DNA of 64,000 bases from Thermoproteota archaeon (GCA_024720975.1 JANJXX010000001.1:345839-409838), one strand, 5' to 3'. Counted from the first letter of the stretch, positions 52,333-63,279 are shown. The notes: generated by a model not told the origin, from the sequence alone. Program-made: numbers and translations.

Positions 52333-54873
52333 TTAGACAATTCCTTCCTCAAAAACCTTCAGCAAATCCACGGCCTTATCAGCGTTCGGAACTCTCTCTC
52401 CACTTAGCATCTTCCGTAATATCTCTCGAGCCCCCCTTTGATTTAACGGCTTGTTATTGTTTCCACAATGATAGGAAAAGACGCATTTATTGAAGGACTC
52501 CTTTGCCATACAGGATGGTGTTGATAATATCTTGTATGCTTTCTTCACAGCTTCTTCGAATCTGTCAAACAGAAGTGATGTTATTCCATTTCCTCCTGGT
52601 AGCGATTCATACACAACTATAAGTCCTGACTTTCCAAAGGATACTCCGCCGAGGTCATATTCTGAGCCACCTGAGATCATGTAAGTACCCTCAATCAGGA
52701 TGTGTTCAACAGCATGATAAGCACCAGTTATCGCTTCTTCGTCTTTTTCCTCTGAGTACTCAGGAGCCAAGAAAAAGAGTCCATATGTGACATATTTGTA
52801 ACTGATTACATCTTCTAGTAGCATATGAGCTATAGGTTCCTTCTGACCCTCTTCGTACAAATTGTATCCCCAAACACTTATTTTCATTTCTAGTAGCCCG
52901 TGGTGTATTATTGTTCCACAGGCTTCCCGCTTAGTAATGCTACCAATTGGTACGGCACTATAACTATACAGAGGTTTTGTGTAGATACGCTCATATTCAG
53001 GAGGTGCAGGTTCTACCTCTGCCCTTAACTTTGTCAGATCCAACGATCTAACTAAATATTTATTACCTTGAACGATGTGTATCGCTCCTGGGTGAAGCTC
53101 TTTCACAGCTGTAACTATATCTCTACGGTCAATCCTTCTGTTGTTGCAATACACATCCACCTGGATATCTACTCCACGTATATTCCTGCTGAAGTACTTA
53201 TAGAATAGCACTCCATTTGCTACCCAGTGATCACCAACCTTCAGTAAGGCCCGTTCACTCTCGAGTTCGGCTATTACCTCTCTTGGCAGGTTGAATTCGT
53301 GAATGTCAGCTTCCGAGAGTGGTTTTTCATAGGCCATTATATATATGTGCTGCTTTGCAATAAGTGGATTCCTTGGCTCTAGGTATCTACTGGAAATATC
53401 CCTAAAGTACTCTTCTGGATTAGTAGCATAGTACTCGGATATGGGATCATCTGATCTGAGAAGAAGTATAGCAGCACCGCTCTCTTTTCTCCTACCTGCT
53501 CTACCACTGCGCTGGATAAATCTATCCGAGGGCGCAATCTCCGTTACTACAGCCGATACGTTACCAATATCTATTCCAAGTTCTAGTGTTGGCGTAGATA
53601 TTATACCCAGCAGCTTACCGCTCTTAAAATCGCGCTCAATTTTCCTACGCACCTGAGCTGAAATGCCAGCTCGATGTATGTTCACCCTCTGAAAAACTTC
53701 GTAAAGCTTTGATCTCTTGATGAAATTATACGTAAGCTCTGCGCATGATCTAGTGTTACAGAAAACCAGAGTTTTAGTTCCATGCCTAATGAGCTCTGCC
53801 AATATTTTTGCGTTGGCATGAAACGTGGGAAGTTGGGTGTATAAGAAGAGAACATCGAGAGAAACTTTACGTCCGCTTCCGATTACAACCTTAACTTCAT
53901 CATCTATAAGCTTCCTGGCTAGATCAGCCGGATTGTAAATTGTTGCTGATGCTAAGACTATTTGCAATTTTCTTTGGCTCGATTTTGCTAGTCTTCGCAT
54001 CCGCTTTATAATGTAGTGTACATGACTTCCGAATGCGCCTGAATAAACATGCACCTCATCTAGGATCACTAATTTTGCCGACAGGAAAAGTTTTGGTATC
54101 GCATTATTTTTAGAAATTTTAGGGAGCCAGTAATGTATCATATCGAAGTTCGTTATGAGTATATGCGGCGGATCCTTGGTTATTTTCAGGCGTTCCTGTG
54201 CAGGAGTATCCCCATCAAGGACTGACACCCTAAGACCCAGAGGCCTGGAGTAGTATAGTATCTTCTCTAGCTGGTCTCTAGCCAGTGCTTTAGTAGGGTA
54301 TATCATCAACACTGAAGGACATTCACCAGTTTCATAGGCGATGTCTAGAGCCGGTAGTAAAAAAGCTTCTGTTTTTCCCATAGCTGTCGGTGCTGTAATT
54401 ATCACATTGTTACCACTACGTATAGATTTTATAGCCTCCTCCTGGAACTTATAGAGCCGCTCGATACCTCTAGCTAGGAGACTCTTACTGATCTCTACAG
54501 CAGTATTTTTAAGACCCAAAGTATAGAGGCTCTCTGGTGAAACTTCAACCCCTAGCTCTGGTGGTTCATTATAGAGATTCCCATAGTAAATTGGTAACAA
54601 CTCCAGGTAGTTACTTTCTCGTGCTTTTTCCATAATTATTTGGATAGGTTTGGATGCGCTTGGAGGTATCTCTCGCAGGGGAGACACGATTATCTTATCA
54701 TCCTTCTTTTGTTCGAAACTTTCCGCAGTCTTCTCATCCTTCGTTCTGGCGAGTAGCTCTTGATAGTATCCACACGATCTACAAATTATAACTACTTTTA
54801 CTAGGTCAGTGTCAACTTTCCTCTTTTGAATCATCAATTCCTTCGAACAGTTAGGACACTTTGCGTTTAACAT
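52333..54873 (-). CDS. DEAH helicase of the Hrq1/MrfA/SftH type with DUF1998
   Basis: APTAMGKT, YPTKALARDQ, DEVH, SAT, TLELGIDIG, QRSGRAGR, HAVEH, YE...GGNG, CGNNNKPL; N-terminal Zn ribbon. Confidence 0.92.
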   Translation of the reverse strand: MLNAKCPNCSKELMIQKRKVDTDLVKVVIICRSCGYYQELLARTKDEKTAESFEQKKDDKIIVSPLREIPPSASKPIQIIMEKARESNYLELLPIYYGNLYNEPPELGVEVSPESLYTLGLKNTAVEISKSLLARGIERLYKFQEEAIKSIRSGNNVIITAPTAMGKTEAFLLPALDIAYETGECPSVLMIYPTKALARDQLEKILYYSRPLGLRVSVLDGDTPAQERLKITKDPPHILITNFDMIHYWLPKISKNNAIPKLFLSAKLVILDEVHVYSGAFGSHVHYIIKRMRRLAKSSQRKLQIVLASATIYNPADLARKLIDDEVKVVIGSGRKVSLDVLFLYTQLPTFHANAKILAELIRHGTKTLVFCNTRSCAELTYNFIKRSKLYEVFQRVNIHRAGISAQVRRKIERDFKSGKLLGIISTPTLELGIDIGNVSAVVTEIAPSDRFIQRSGRAGRRKESGAAILLLRSDDPISEYYATNPEEYFRDISSRYLEPRNPLIAKQHIYIMAYEKPLSEADIHEFNLPREVIAELESERALLKVGDHWVANGVLFYKYFSRNIRGVDIQVDVYCNNRRIDRRDIVTAVKELHPGAIHIVQGNKYLVRSLDLTKLRAEVEPAPPEYERIYTKPLYSYSAVPIGSITKREACGTIIHHGLLEMKISVWGYNLYEEGQKEPIAHMLLEDVISYKYVTYGLFFLAPEYSEEKDEEAITGAYHAVEHILIEGTYMISGGSEYDLGGVSFGKSGLIVVYESLPGGNGITSLLFDRFEEAVKKAYKILSTPSCMAKESFNKCVFSYHCGNNNKPLNQRGAREILRKMLSGERVPNADKAVDLLKVFEEGIV

Positions 54874-54887
54874 CCCAATCTTTCAAG

Positions 54888-56582
54888 TTAAGCAGATATA
54901 AAATCCATGAGTTCTGACGACGGCGCTTCCTTAGATATTAGAACAAGTATCCCCTTTGATCCTCTAAAAACTACAATGCTTCTAGAGCCTACTACTACTA
55001 ATAGCTTATAATCGGGAAAGACCTCACTTACAGTCCTGTTCACTGAATACAATTTTAACAAAAATTCCCTCTGTTTCTCCGGGTCTCTCACAACTCCAGC
55101 ATAAGCAAATTCTGCTTTTTCACCCTCGACAATCAATACGAAGCATTCGTCGCTCTTTAGTTTTTGTTGGATGTTATCAACTAACTTTCTGAGGCTCTGA
55201 TTTTTCGTTTGCTCTATGCTTAGACTTGGTTTTGATGGCATCCCCAGCTCTATTCGTGCCCACTTCTCGCTGCGTCCAAGTTTCGTAAGCGCTGAGTATA
55301 TTTCTCTAGCGAGGGCGCTATTTATTTTAATTATGAGAATCTTCTCGCCCCTTATTGTAACGCACATTTCTTTACTCAAAACGAGCATGGCTTTTAGTAT
55401 TCCAACATCTTCATCTACAACTGATATCACGCCCAGTAATTTCTTTATCATCTCCTCTTCATCAATATCGAGCTTGTCGCCTCGGATATTTCTAGCTACA
55501 AGTAACTTGTCCGGCTTAGCATCAACAATATAGACTTTGGAATCATATCCTATGCTAGCCTGAATATTGCTAGCCATAACCCAGCTTGAATCTTCTGGTG
55601 ATGCCAATATTTGTGGAGATTTTGTCTCCGCAACCGAGATTATCTCCTCCGTTATAGAGAGCTCCTCAATGCTTGGTATTTTCTCTGGAACTTCTGTTTC
55701 TGGGATTCCAGTGGTTTCGACGATTTCTTTAGCAGCCTCGAAAATCTTGCCCTCTTCCTCGGGCTTGCCAAATACCTTCTCAGCTTCTTTAGGAATTTCT
55801 GGTAATGGAGGAAGCGAAATCTCTTCAATTTTTTCGACAATCTCTGGTGCTTCTAGTTCTTTGGTACCGACTAACACTTCTGCTTCTTCCACTTTAATCG
55901 GTTCTGAAACCGCAACTGCTAGTTTGGAAGTTTTGATAATATATTGCTCTGATCTTTTTTTAAGTTGGCCGACAATGTCATCCGGCAACTTAAGCTCGAA
56001 GTTAAGTCGCTCCACGCAGAAGAAAGTAAGATCTACATCTTCTGAACTTAGACATGAAATTATGAAGTGCGGAATTTCGTAACCATAGTAACTTACAACT
56101 TTCGATAAGTACTTAGCTATGTCATCACCAATTTTAACTGCCTCTGGATTTGGATTAATATCTCCTTTTGTACCTACAACAGCCATAGCAATAGCAGATT
56201 TTAGGATCTCCTTCTTCTCAAGCTCGCTTTTAATCATATTGTATAATTCGTTGGCTGATGCTGGATTGGTGGAATCATAAAAGAATAACCAAATTACGGC
56301 CTTTTTAACTGCTTCTGTTCTCTGCTTTTCCAGTTCTTCCCTCCCTGGAACGTCGATCAACACGAGTTTGTAATTCGTTACTGTTTCGAGAGTACCCATG
56401 ACTGTTCTACGCTTGTAAGCTCTAGTTATCTCTATTATTTCTGGTTCCGTTGTTGTTTTTTCCTCGGGAACATTTCTCCTTATTAGCGTATTGAGAAATT
56501 TTGACTTGCCGGAGCCCGATGGACCATATAATGCTACGCGTACTCTTGGAATCGCCCGCGGTATGAATTCGTCTTCTGACAT
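54888..56582 (-). CDS. Ras-like small GTPase fused via acidic linker to two roadblock-like domains
   Basis: GPSGSGKS (G1), DVPG (G3), TKGD (G4), ISCL (G5); E/P-rich linker; two about 100-aa alpha-beta-beta-alpha-beta-beta-beta-alpha repeats. Confidence 0.75.
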   Translation of the reverse strand: MSEDEFIPRAIPRVRVALYGPSGSGKSKFLNTLIRRNVPEEKTTTEPEIIEITRAYKRRTVMGTLETVTNYKLVLIDVPGREELEKQRTEAVKKAVIWLFFYDSTNPASANELYNMIKSELEKKEILKSAIAMAVVGTKGDINPNPEAVKIGDDIAKYLSKVVSYYGYEIPHFIISCLSSEDVDLTFFCVERLNFELKLPDDIVGQLKKRSEQYIIKTSKLAVAVSEPIKVEEAEVLVGTKELEAPEIVEKIEEISLPPLPEIPKEAEKVFGKPEEEGKIFEAAKEIVETTGIPETEVPEKIPSIEELSITEEIISVAETKSPQILASPEDSSWVMASNIQASIGYDSKVYIVDAKPDKLLVARNIRGDKLDIDEEEMIKKLLGVISVVDEDVGILKAMLVLSKEMCVTIRGEKILIIKINSALAREIYSALTKLGRSEKWARIELGMPSKPSLSIEQTKNQSLRKLVDNIQQKLKSDECFVLIVEGEKAEFAYAGVVRDPEKQREFLLKLYSVNRTVSEVFPDYKLLVVVGSRSIVVFRGSKGILVLISKEAPSSELMDFISA

Positions 56583-56739
56583 TAAAACACCCAGAACTAT
56601 CTCTGATTCACCAATTGCTCAACTCTTGCCATTTTCATATGGTCAAGTAGCTTCGTAGCAGCCTAGGATTAGAACTGCAATTTATCTATTATGATATAAA
56701 ATAGCAAGTATTAAATTTTGAATGAGTGTGAAGGGATGA

Positions 56740-57795
56740 ATGAGTAATAATATCAAAGGCAATCCTTTTAAGTATGCCATCACTATTGATCCGAAACAGC
56801 TTTTGGAAACCGCAGTTGGGAGATCTCTAAAGCTATCCTTACCGAAGATAAAAACAAGTAAAACCGAGAGATTAAGGATCTTATTACTGAACAGGATCAG
56901 ATACATTGAGAAGAACCTTGTAACAAATTTGCTTGAATTTCTCAGAAGGATACCCGATCTGGACAATACGCATGAATTTTACAGAGCCGCTGTTGACGTT
57001 TACTTCAGCATAGATGAATTTAAGAAGACGCTAGGTCGCATTAGTGGCACGATTCGAGTTATTGAGAAACTCTCTGAGGAATACTTGCGAAACATTCGCG
57101 GAATAAAAGTAAATATTTACTTGCCAGAGACTTTTTTCGTGAGACACCTTAAGAAATTATGGCGTCAGTATTTAGCAAGAATGAATTCCTTCATATACGA
57201 AATCTCTGAGGCTTTTGATTACTTAAACTCAGCTATTAAAAAACTCAAGGCTCTTCCTGATTACAATCCTGAGCTGGAGACTATAATTGTCTGCGGTCCG
57301 CCAAATAGTGGAAAAAGCAGCCTCGTGGGGAAGTTATCAAATGCGCGGGTTCAGATAGCAGAGTATCCATTCACTACAAAGAATGTTGTATTTGGCCATA
57401 TCAAACTGAGGTCGCGGTTTGAGAAGACGATCCAGATAGTAGATACACCAGGACTTTTCGATAGGCCTTTAGGAGATAGAAAAAAGGAGGAGCTACTAAC
57501 ACTTCAATCCATAAGGACGATAGCTAATGGTGTTATATTTCTATTCGATTGCAGTGTCGAAAGGACTCTTAGTGCAGAGCAGCAAATTAGAATCTACCAG
57601 GAGGTAACCAGTTTTCTTCGTAATAGCAAGATAATAGCCGGCCTAAATAAGATTGACATTATGGATGAGAAAGTCTATAACGCTATATACGACTTTATTA
57701 CAAGAGACATAAACATAAAGCCCATACCACTTAGCATAAAGCAGAGTATTGGTTTGGATCAAATCCTGAGTGAAATTGAACGTCTGTTCGGGTGA
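56740..57795 (+). CDS. NOG1-family GTPase
   Basis: HEFY, GPPNSGKSS, YPFTTK...GH, DTPGLFDRP, NKID. Confidence 0.93.
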   Translation: MSNNIKGNPFKYAITIDPKQLLETAVGRSLKLSLPKIKTSKTERLRILLLNRIRYIEKNLVTNLLEFLRRIPDLDNTHEFYRAAVDVYFSIDEFKKTLGRISGTIRVIEKLSEEYLRNIRGIKVNIYLPETFFVRHLKKLWRQYLARMNSFIYEISEAFDYLNSAIKKLKALPDYNPELETIIVCGPPNSGKSSLVGKLSNARVQIAEYPFTTKNVVFGHIKLRSRFEKTIQIVDTPGLFDRPLGDRKKEELLTLQSIRTIANGVIFLFDCSVERTLSAEQQIRIYQEVTSFLRNSKIIAGLNKIDIMDEKVYNAIYDFITRDINIKPIPLSIKQSIGLDQILSEIERLFG

Positions 57796-57801
57796 GAGCT
57801 C

Positions 57802-58584
57802 TTGGACGTTTTTCGCGAAGGAGATCTTGTAACCCTTTATGAACCGACCAAAAGGAGAAAACTTGTAGTAAAAGTCTCAAAGAACAAAAAAATACACACG
57901 CGCTGGGGATACATCGACTCTAACGATATCATAGGAAAGACTCCAGGTAGCTCGGTCAATACACACCTGGGAAAAAAACTCCTCATATTCAAACCGCTTT
58001 TATATGAGAAAATAGAACACTCAAGGTGCTTTACTTACGCTACGCAAATTGTAAGACCACGAGATTGGGGCTTAATAATAAGCTTTGCTGACATCTATCC
58101 TGGGAAGCGCGTTCTTGAAATAGGAACAGGGAGTGGAGCATTTACAGCAGTTCTCAGCCACCTTGTCTCACCTGGTGGTCGTGTATATTCATATGAAATA
58201 GACCAAAAGAGAGCACAAATCGCGATGGAAAATCTTAGGAACATAAATGCACCACCCGTATATGAAATCAAGATCCGAGACGCTACCAAGGATGGTATTG
58301 AGGAAACCGACATCGATGTTGCCTTCGTCGATATACCAGAACCCTGGTTAGTAGTTGATAAAGTTCATAATGCTCTCAAACCATGTGGAATGCTAGTGTG
58401 CTACGTCCCTACATTTAATCAAGTCCATAAATTACTGGAAAGCATGCAGGGGCTATTCGAAGACATAAGAATAGTAGACCACTTTTACAGAGAGTTACAA
58501 GCAAATCCAACCGCAGTTCGTCCCGTGCTGGAGGGTTATGTATTCTCTGCCTTCGTTGTATTCGGACGGAAGATACTACAATGA
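57802..58584 (+). CDS. trmI: tRNA (adenine-N1, 57/58) methyltransferase TrmI
   Basis: TQIV.P.D, LEIGTGSG, YE, VDIPEPW, YVPT..Q. Confidence 0.94.
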   Translation: MDVFREGDLVTLYEPTKRRKLVVKVSKNKKIHTRWGYIDSNDIIGKTPGSSVNTHLGKKLLIFKPLLYEKIEHSRCFTYATQIVRPRDWGLIISFADIYPGKRVLEIGTGSGAFTAVLSHLVSPGGRVYSYEIDQKRAQIAMENLRNINAPPVYEIKIRDATKDGIEETDIDVAFVDIPEPWLVVDKVHNALKPCGMLVCYVPTFNQVHKLLESMQGLFEDIRIVDHFYRELQANPTAVRPVLEGYVFSAFVVFGRKILQ

Positions 58585-58695
58585 GACTGCTAAGAAATCT
58601 AACAATCAGCATATGATATGCTATTTTAACCATCAAATTAATTTGATTTATAAGAATGTCTCGTGCTACTACTTCGTTGGCCCATAGTGTTATAG

Positions 58696-59142
58696 ATGAT
58701 GATACTAATGCTCTCAGAGCAAAAAGATATCACTACTCCAGAAAGTCGCGTTGCTATATTGATTGATGCAAACAGTGTTAGGGATCTTAAGACAATAATT
58801 AAAGCATATGAATCCGCACAAAACTTTGGAAGATTGATCTATGCTGGATTATATGTGGAAGAAAAAGACTTAACGCTGATTGGCGCGATAAGCAGCGAAC
58901 TCACGAAACGAGGAATAGATGTAAAGGTAACAATAGGACCCAATGAAATTAGCATGTCTTTAGATGCCATGGAAATAGCGTATGAGAAAAAGGCGGAATG
59001 TATAATCATATGCACCCGACGGGACAGTTTAACACCGGTATTTAAGGAGATCAAGAAATTAGGCACAAAAACCGTCGTTTTTTCACCTATATCCGTTCCA
59101 CTTGGATTCAACGAAATAGTCGATGAATCATATACAATATAA
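58696..59142 (+). CDS. Degenerate NYN-domain protein
   Basis: VAILIDAN, SLDAME, L.PV...IKKLG.K. Confidence 0.7.
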   Translation: MMILMLSEQKDITTPESRVAILIDANSVRDLKTIIKAYESAQNFGRLIYAGLYVEEKDLTLIGAISSELTKRGIDVKVTIGPNEISMSLDAMEIAYEKKAECIIICTRRDSLTPVFKEIKKLGTKTVVFSPISVPLGFNEIVDESYTI

Positions 59143-59289
59143 CACTCGACTTTGATTTAACATTTGCTTCCAATTCTGTAATACTTAGCGGTTATCTTCT
59201 ACAATAGTTAATGTTCAAGTTATGTACTTTCATTTGGTCATATTGCTCTAAAGATCAAGTCTACCCCAAAATATCAACGAGACCTTTGG

Positions 59290-60531
59290 GTGAGACCGGT
59301 GTCAAACCCCGAAGCTAGAGGTCCAGAAGCTAGAAGACCACTATACATAAACAAGATCATTGGCACAGCGTCTAGAAACTACAATTTCTCTCCTGCAATC
59401 ATAGCTAGACTCTCTTTCTGGTACTCGTACAGTAGGGCTATATCATTGGTTGAAACTCTAAGAAAACCTCCTAGAAATGTTGTTATCTGCGTAAATACAC
59501 TACGAAGTAACGTTAGATATGTTATTGACGAACTTAAAAGAGCGGGTTTACCAACGACAATTAGCAAGATTTTCAAGGATACAATCCTGGTTCCAATCGA
59601 AGGACCTTTTCAACTTGAAGCATCCGAACTTAAGAAAATTATAGTTAAAGTACAAGCCGCCGAAGACATCATGATGGGAGCTCCGAGACTCTACCATCCG
59701 GGGGTAGTACGATTGGAAGATGATATAAAGCCCGGGGATACTGTTGCTATATCAACGAGATTTGGCGATATTGTAGCTGTCGGAAAAAGTCTCATCGCGT
59801 CAACTGAAGAACCCTCCGGACCTGTTGCTGAAATAACTAAAAGCATCTATCAGAAACCTAATCTTAAGGCTCTTAAGATTTTCATAAGGGGCTTCGCTTA
59901 TGAATCCAATCTGGCCTCACTCCAGGCCTTGGAAATGTGGGATGTTAAACCTGATTCTAGGATACTTATAATCTCCCCAAAATTATCTGACTTGATCTGG
60001 ACACTGAATCAAACTCGCTGTAAAGCTAATATCGTAATCATTTCAAAAACTTCTGCTGAAGAGAAAAAGCTCCAGGAGGGGTTAAGAAGCCTAAAAATGG
60101 AACAATACATCGATAAGATAGAGTGGATTGCTGGAAATTTAAAAAAGATAGATATAAGCGAGGGTGCCTTTGATTATGTTTACATAAGACCCAAAAGTAC
60201 AAAGCTAGGATTGCGACCTAGATTAGCTGCTCTTTTTAAAGAAAGAGATTTCATTAGTTGCTTCCGTGACGCACTATTTTTAGTAAAGAAGTTCTCACCT
60301 GGCCTTAGAAAGGGAGGCAGGCTCTTGTATATAACAGAATCTCTTGATCCAATTGAAGGGGAATATATCCTAGAAATTCTCATAGAGAAACTCAAATTTA
60401 AGGCCGTTCGTCATCAAATAAAATTCGGTGAAACTGGCCTGCCCGGATTCGTTGGATCTGATTGCGCTTTGAGAGTATTCCCAGATAAACACGATGATGT
60501 AGGATTATTTGCTGCGGTAGTAACACGATAG
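59290..60531 (+). CDS. RsmB/NOP2/NSUN6-like protein with PUA domain; catalytic cysteines absent
   Basis: VNTLR, PUA (GAPRLYHPGV), LGLRP, LRKGGRLLY, RVFPDKHDDVGLF. Confidence 0.8.
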   Translation: MRPVSNPEARGPEARRPLYINKIIGTASRNYNFSPAIIARLSFWYSYSRAISLVETLRKPPRNVVICVNTLRSNVRYVIDELKRAGLPTTISKIFKDTILVPIEGPFQLEASELKKIIVKVQAAEDIMMGAPRLYHPGVVRLEDDIKPGDTVAISTRFGDIVAVGKSLIASTEEPSGPVAEITKSIYQKPNLKALKIFIRGFAYESNLASLQALEMWDVKPDSRILIISPKLSDLIWTLNQTRCKANIVIISKTSAEEKKLQEGLRSLKMEQYIDKIEWIAGNLKKIDISEGAFDYVYIRPKSTKLGLRPRLAALFKERDFISCFRDALFLVKKFSPGLRKGGRLLYITESLDPIEGEYILEILIEKLKFKAVRHQIKFGETGLPGFVGSDCALRVFPDKHDDVGLFAAVVTR

Positions 60532-60549
60532 GAACTTGTAATTACACTT

Positions 60550-61845
60550 CTAATTGCATTCCCATACATATGTACCACTCTTAGATGTTATGTACTCATT
60601 CTCGTAAACTAATCGCCCCCTGAGAAATGTAGCAATGACCTTTCCTCTAACAAGCATGCCATTATATGGATGCTGCGTGGCTTTTGATAGAGATTTGTCA
60701 GGATCTATAACTTCTTTGCACTTGGGATCGAAGACTACAAGGTCTGCTAGGTTACCTACTTTTATTCTTCCTTTTTTTCTAATGCCAAAAATTCTTGCTG
60801 GATTTTCAGAGGCCATTCTTACCAATAACTCAAAGTCTATGTTTGTTACTTTAGAAATGCTATAGAGGAGCGGAAGCAGGTATTGTATCCCAGCGATCCC
60901 CGGTGGAGCCTCACTAAAATCACATTCCTTTTCCTTATGCGAGTGCGGAGCATGATCCGAGGCTATAGCATCAACAAGTCCTCTTGCTACAGCTTTTATC
61001 AAGCTTATATGCGCATCTCTATTTCTTATAGGTGGAAGAACTTTGTATAGGGGCGATCTAGGATTTATTCTCTCCAGGAAAAACACTAGGTGATGTGGTG
61101 TTACATCACAAGTGATTCTAATTCCCTTTTTGCGAGCTTCAGCAATTTCTTTTACGACGGCATATGAGGTTACGTGAGTTATGTGTACACGACATTTATT
61201 TTCCATCGCAAACTTTATAGCAACATCTAGGCCTTTCAACTCAGCCTGAATCGGGCGAATTGAATCAAGTTCATGTGCATCTTTTGCTTTATTGTGATCA
61301 GTTACGTACTCTGGATGTTCTGCATGAAATACGTACAACAACTCCCTAGGTAAGCTCCACTTAAAAAGGTTCTCGATAGAGTTCCTGTGATATAGGTATA
61401 CTTTAACGGGAACGGACCCATACTTCTTGTATATGTTTGACAATTCCGATGGAGAAGTCAACATTACATATAGAAAAAAGTCTGTGTAAGCATTTTTGGA
61501 AACTATCTGTAGCTTTTTTTTAAAATTTTCGAGGGAGTCTATGGGAGGGCGATTGTTAGGCATATCACCTACTGTAGTTATACCAGAAGCTAAAGCCGCC
61601 TTGGATCCGGTTGCAAAGTCTTCCTTATACTCCTCACCAGGCTCCCTAAAATGAACATGTACATCGACTAATCCAGGAATTATAAGATACTCTGAGGCAT
61701 TATAGATAGCATCTACCTTCGATAAAATTTGCCTATTTACATAGCTAGATCTCCATATTCTAACTATATATCCACTGTCTGAAATTGCTATGTTAGCTCT
61801 TTGCCACTTTTCTCCAATGAACGCCAAACCCCTTAAGACTAACAT
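60550..61845 (-). CDS. pyrC: Dihydroorotase (type I) / cyclic amidohydrolase
   Basis: PGLVDVHVHFREPG, DMPN, HAE, HITHVT, DVTPHHL, ASDHAPH. Confidence 0.85.
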   Translation of the reverse strand: MLVLRGLAFIGEKWQRANIAISDSGYIVRIWRSSYVNRQILSKVDAIYNASEYLIIPGLVDVHVHFREPGEEYKEDFATGSKAALASGITTVGDMPNNRPPIDSLENFKKKLQIVSKNAYTDFFLYVMLTSPSELSNIYKKYGSVPVKVYLYHRNSIENLFKWSLPRELLYVFHAEHPEYVTDHNKAKDAHELDSIRPIQAELKGLDVAIKFAMENKCRVHITHVTSYAVVKEIAEARKKGIRITCDVTPHHLVFFLERINPRSPLYKVLPPIRNRDAHISLIKAVARGLVDAIASDHAPHSHKEKECDFSEAPPGIAGIQYLLPLLYSISKVTNIDFELLVRMASENPARIFGIRKKGRIKVGNLADLVVFDPKCKEVIDPDKSLSKATQHPYNGMLVRGKVIATFLRGRLVYENEYITSKSGTYVWECN

Positions 61846-61870
61846 GTAATCACTTTATGGACTAGGATTT

Positions 61871-62596
61871 TTAGATTTCGCTCATTGGAATACCATATTT
61901 ACCCTTAAGCGGCACAAATCTAACTGGTTCTAGTTCTCTTGTAATAAACTCTTTTTCTCCGACCCTTACCATCTTAACTAGAATCTGCCAATCGTATCCG
62001 ATCTCGAGAGGCATGACCAATATGCCACCGATTTTAAGCTGGTATTTTAGAGGCTCCGGTATGCCTTTCCCTGCGGCTGTAACGATTATTGCATCGAATT
62101 TTCGATCTTTTTCTACCCATCCCATGCTTCCATCCCCAAGTCTTACGTCAACAACCTTTAGATAGTTTAACCGTTCTAGATTGGACTTGCCGAACTCGTA
62201 GATGTCAGGATCAATTTCCATAGAACAAACGGGTCTAGGGTTCATTTCCCTCTTATGACCACCAGTAACTACTTCAGCGCATAAAGCAGCTTGATAGCCT
62301 GACCCTGTACCGACTTCAAAAACAGTCTTACCTTGCTTTAGTTCTGCATAGTGACACAATAGTAGACACATAGATATAGCTGATATTGTAGCATCTTTGA
62401 TTATAGGCAAGGGCGTATCTACATATGCGTATTTTACATACTCTGGTAAGACGAAATACTCGCGAGGAACTCGCATGAATGCGTCTAAGTATATATCGTT
62501 AACTATACCACTATTTTTGAGTAGGACGTAGAGTGTACTTTTATCCTCCTCGAGCTTTTTGCGCAATTTAGAGTCAATGTAAGTACCTCCTAGCAA
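61871..62596 (-). CDS. pcm: Protein-L-isoaspartate O-methyltransferase
   Basis: VPREYF, AYVD.PL, TISA, EVGTGSGYQAA, GDGS.G, VRFVPL. Confidence 0.93.
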   Translation of the reverse strand: MLGGTYIDSKLRKKLEEDKSTLYVLLKNSGIVNDIYLDAFMRVPREYFVLPEYVKYAYVDTPLPIIKDATISAISMCLLLCHYAELKQGKTVFEVGTGSGYQAALCAEVVTGGHKREMNPRPVCSMEIDPDIYEFGKSNLERLNYLKVVDVRLGDGSMGWVEKDRKFDAIIVTAAGKGIPEPLKYQLKIGGILVMPLEIGYDWQILVKMVRVGEKEFITRELEPVRFVPLKGKYGIPMSEI

Positions 62597-62609
62597 AAAC
62601 TAGACACCA

Positions 62610-63131
62610 TTAGCTCAAGGTCTCATTCATAACTTTTTCGTACAAACCTTTCTGCTTAAGGAGATCTTCTAACCTTGCTAACGCTTCTTTGGGATGAAGG
62701 CCTTCGACTCTAACTCCCATGGAGACGCAAGTGCCTATTACTTGCTTTATGCAAGATAAGAAATTCCTAGCAATCATATTCTTTTTCTTGATACGTGCAA
62801 TTTCAATAACATCCTCAATTTTAAGATTTCCTACGAATTCCTGTCCTGCTTTTCCAGATCCCTTTTCAATTTTAGCATATTTCGTGATTAGGGCTGATGT
62901 ATAAGGCGTACCAACCTCTATTTTGTATTCTCTGGTTTCTTTGCTGAAAGTTATTTTAACGGGAACACGCATACCTTGATACTCAGCGGTAAGCTTGTTT
63001 ATTTCTGTAATCACCTTACCAACCGGTAGACCCGCCTGTCCGAGAGCTGGGCCCATTGGGGGTCCGGGACTTGCCTGCCCTCCCTTGACTAAAAACGTTA
63101 ACTCTTCCTTCTTTGGCAAAAACATCACCAT
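62610..63131 (-). CDS. rpl11: Ribosomal protein uL11
   Basis: GG.ASPGPP.GPALG, GTCVSMGV. Confidence 0.96.
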   Translation of the reverse strand: MVMFLPKKEELTFLVKGGQASPGPPMGPALGQAGLPVGKVITEINKLTAEYQGMRVPVKITFSKETREYKIEVGTPYTSALITKYAKIEKGSGKAGQEFVGNLKIEDVIEIARIKKKNMIARNFLSCIKQVIGTCVSMGVRVEGLHPKEALARLEDLLKQKGLYEKVMNETLS

Positions 63132-63279
63132 CTCTCGTGAGACCTACTAGTATTAATCTAAAACATTTAAAGATGTAGAATTCCGCTTACAAACCTTATA
63201 GGGATATTCCCAAAGCTTTCCTTTGGTAACATGTGACTTTATAAGAGAGTCAGACTTATTCTGACACACGGGGTTTAAT

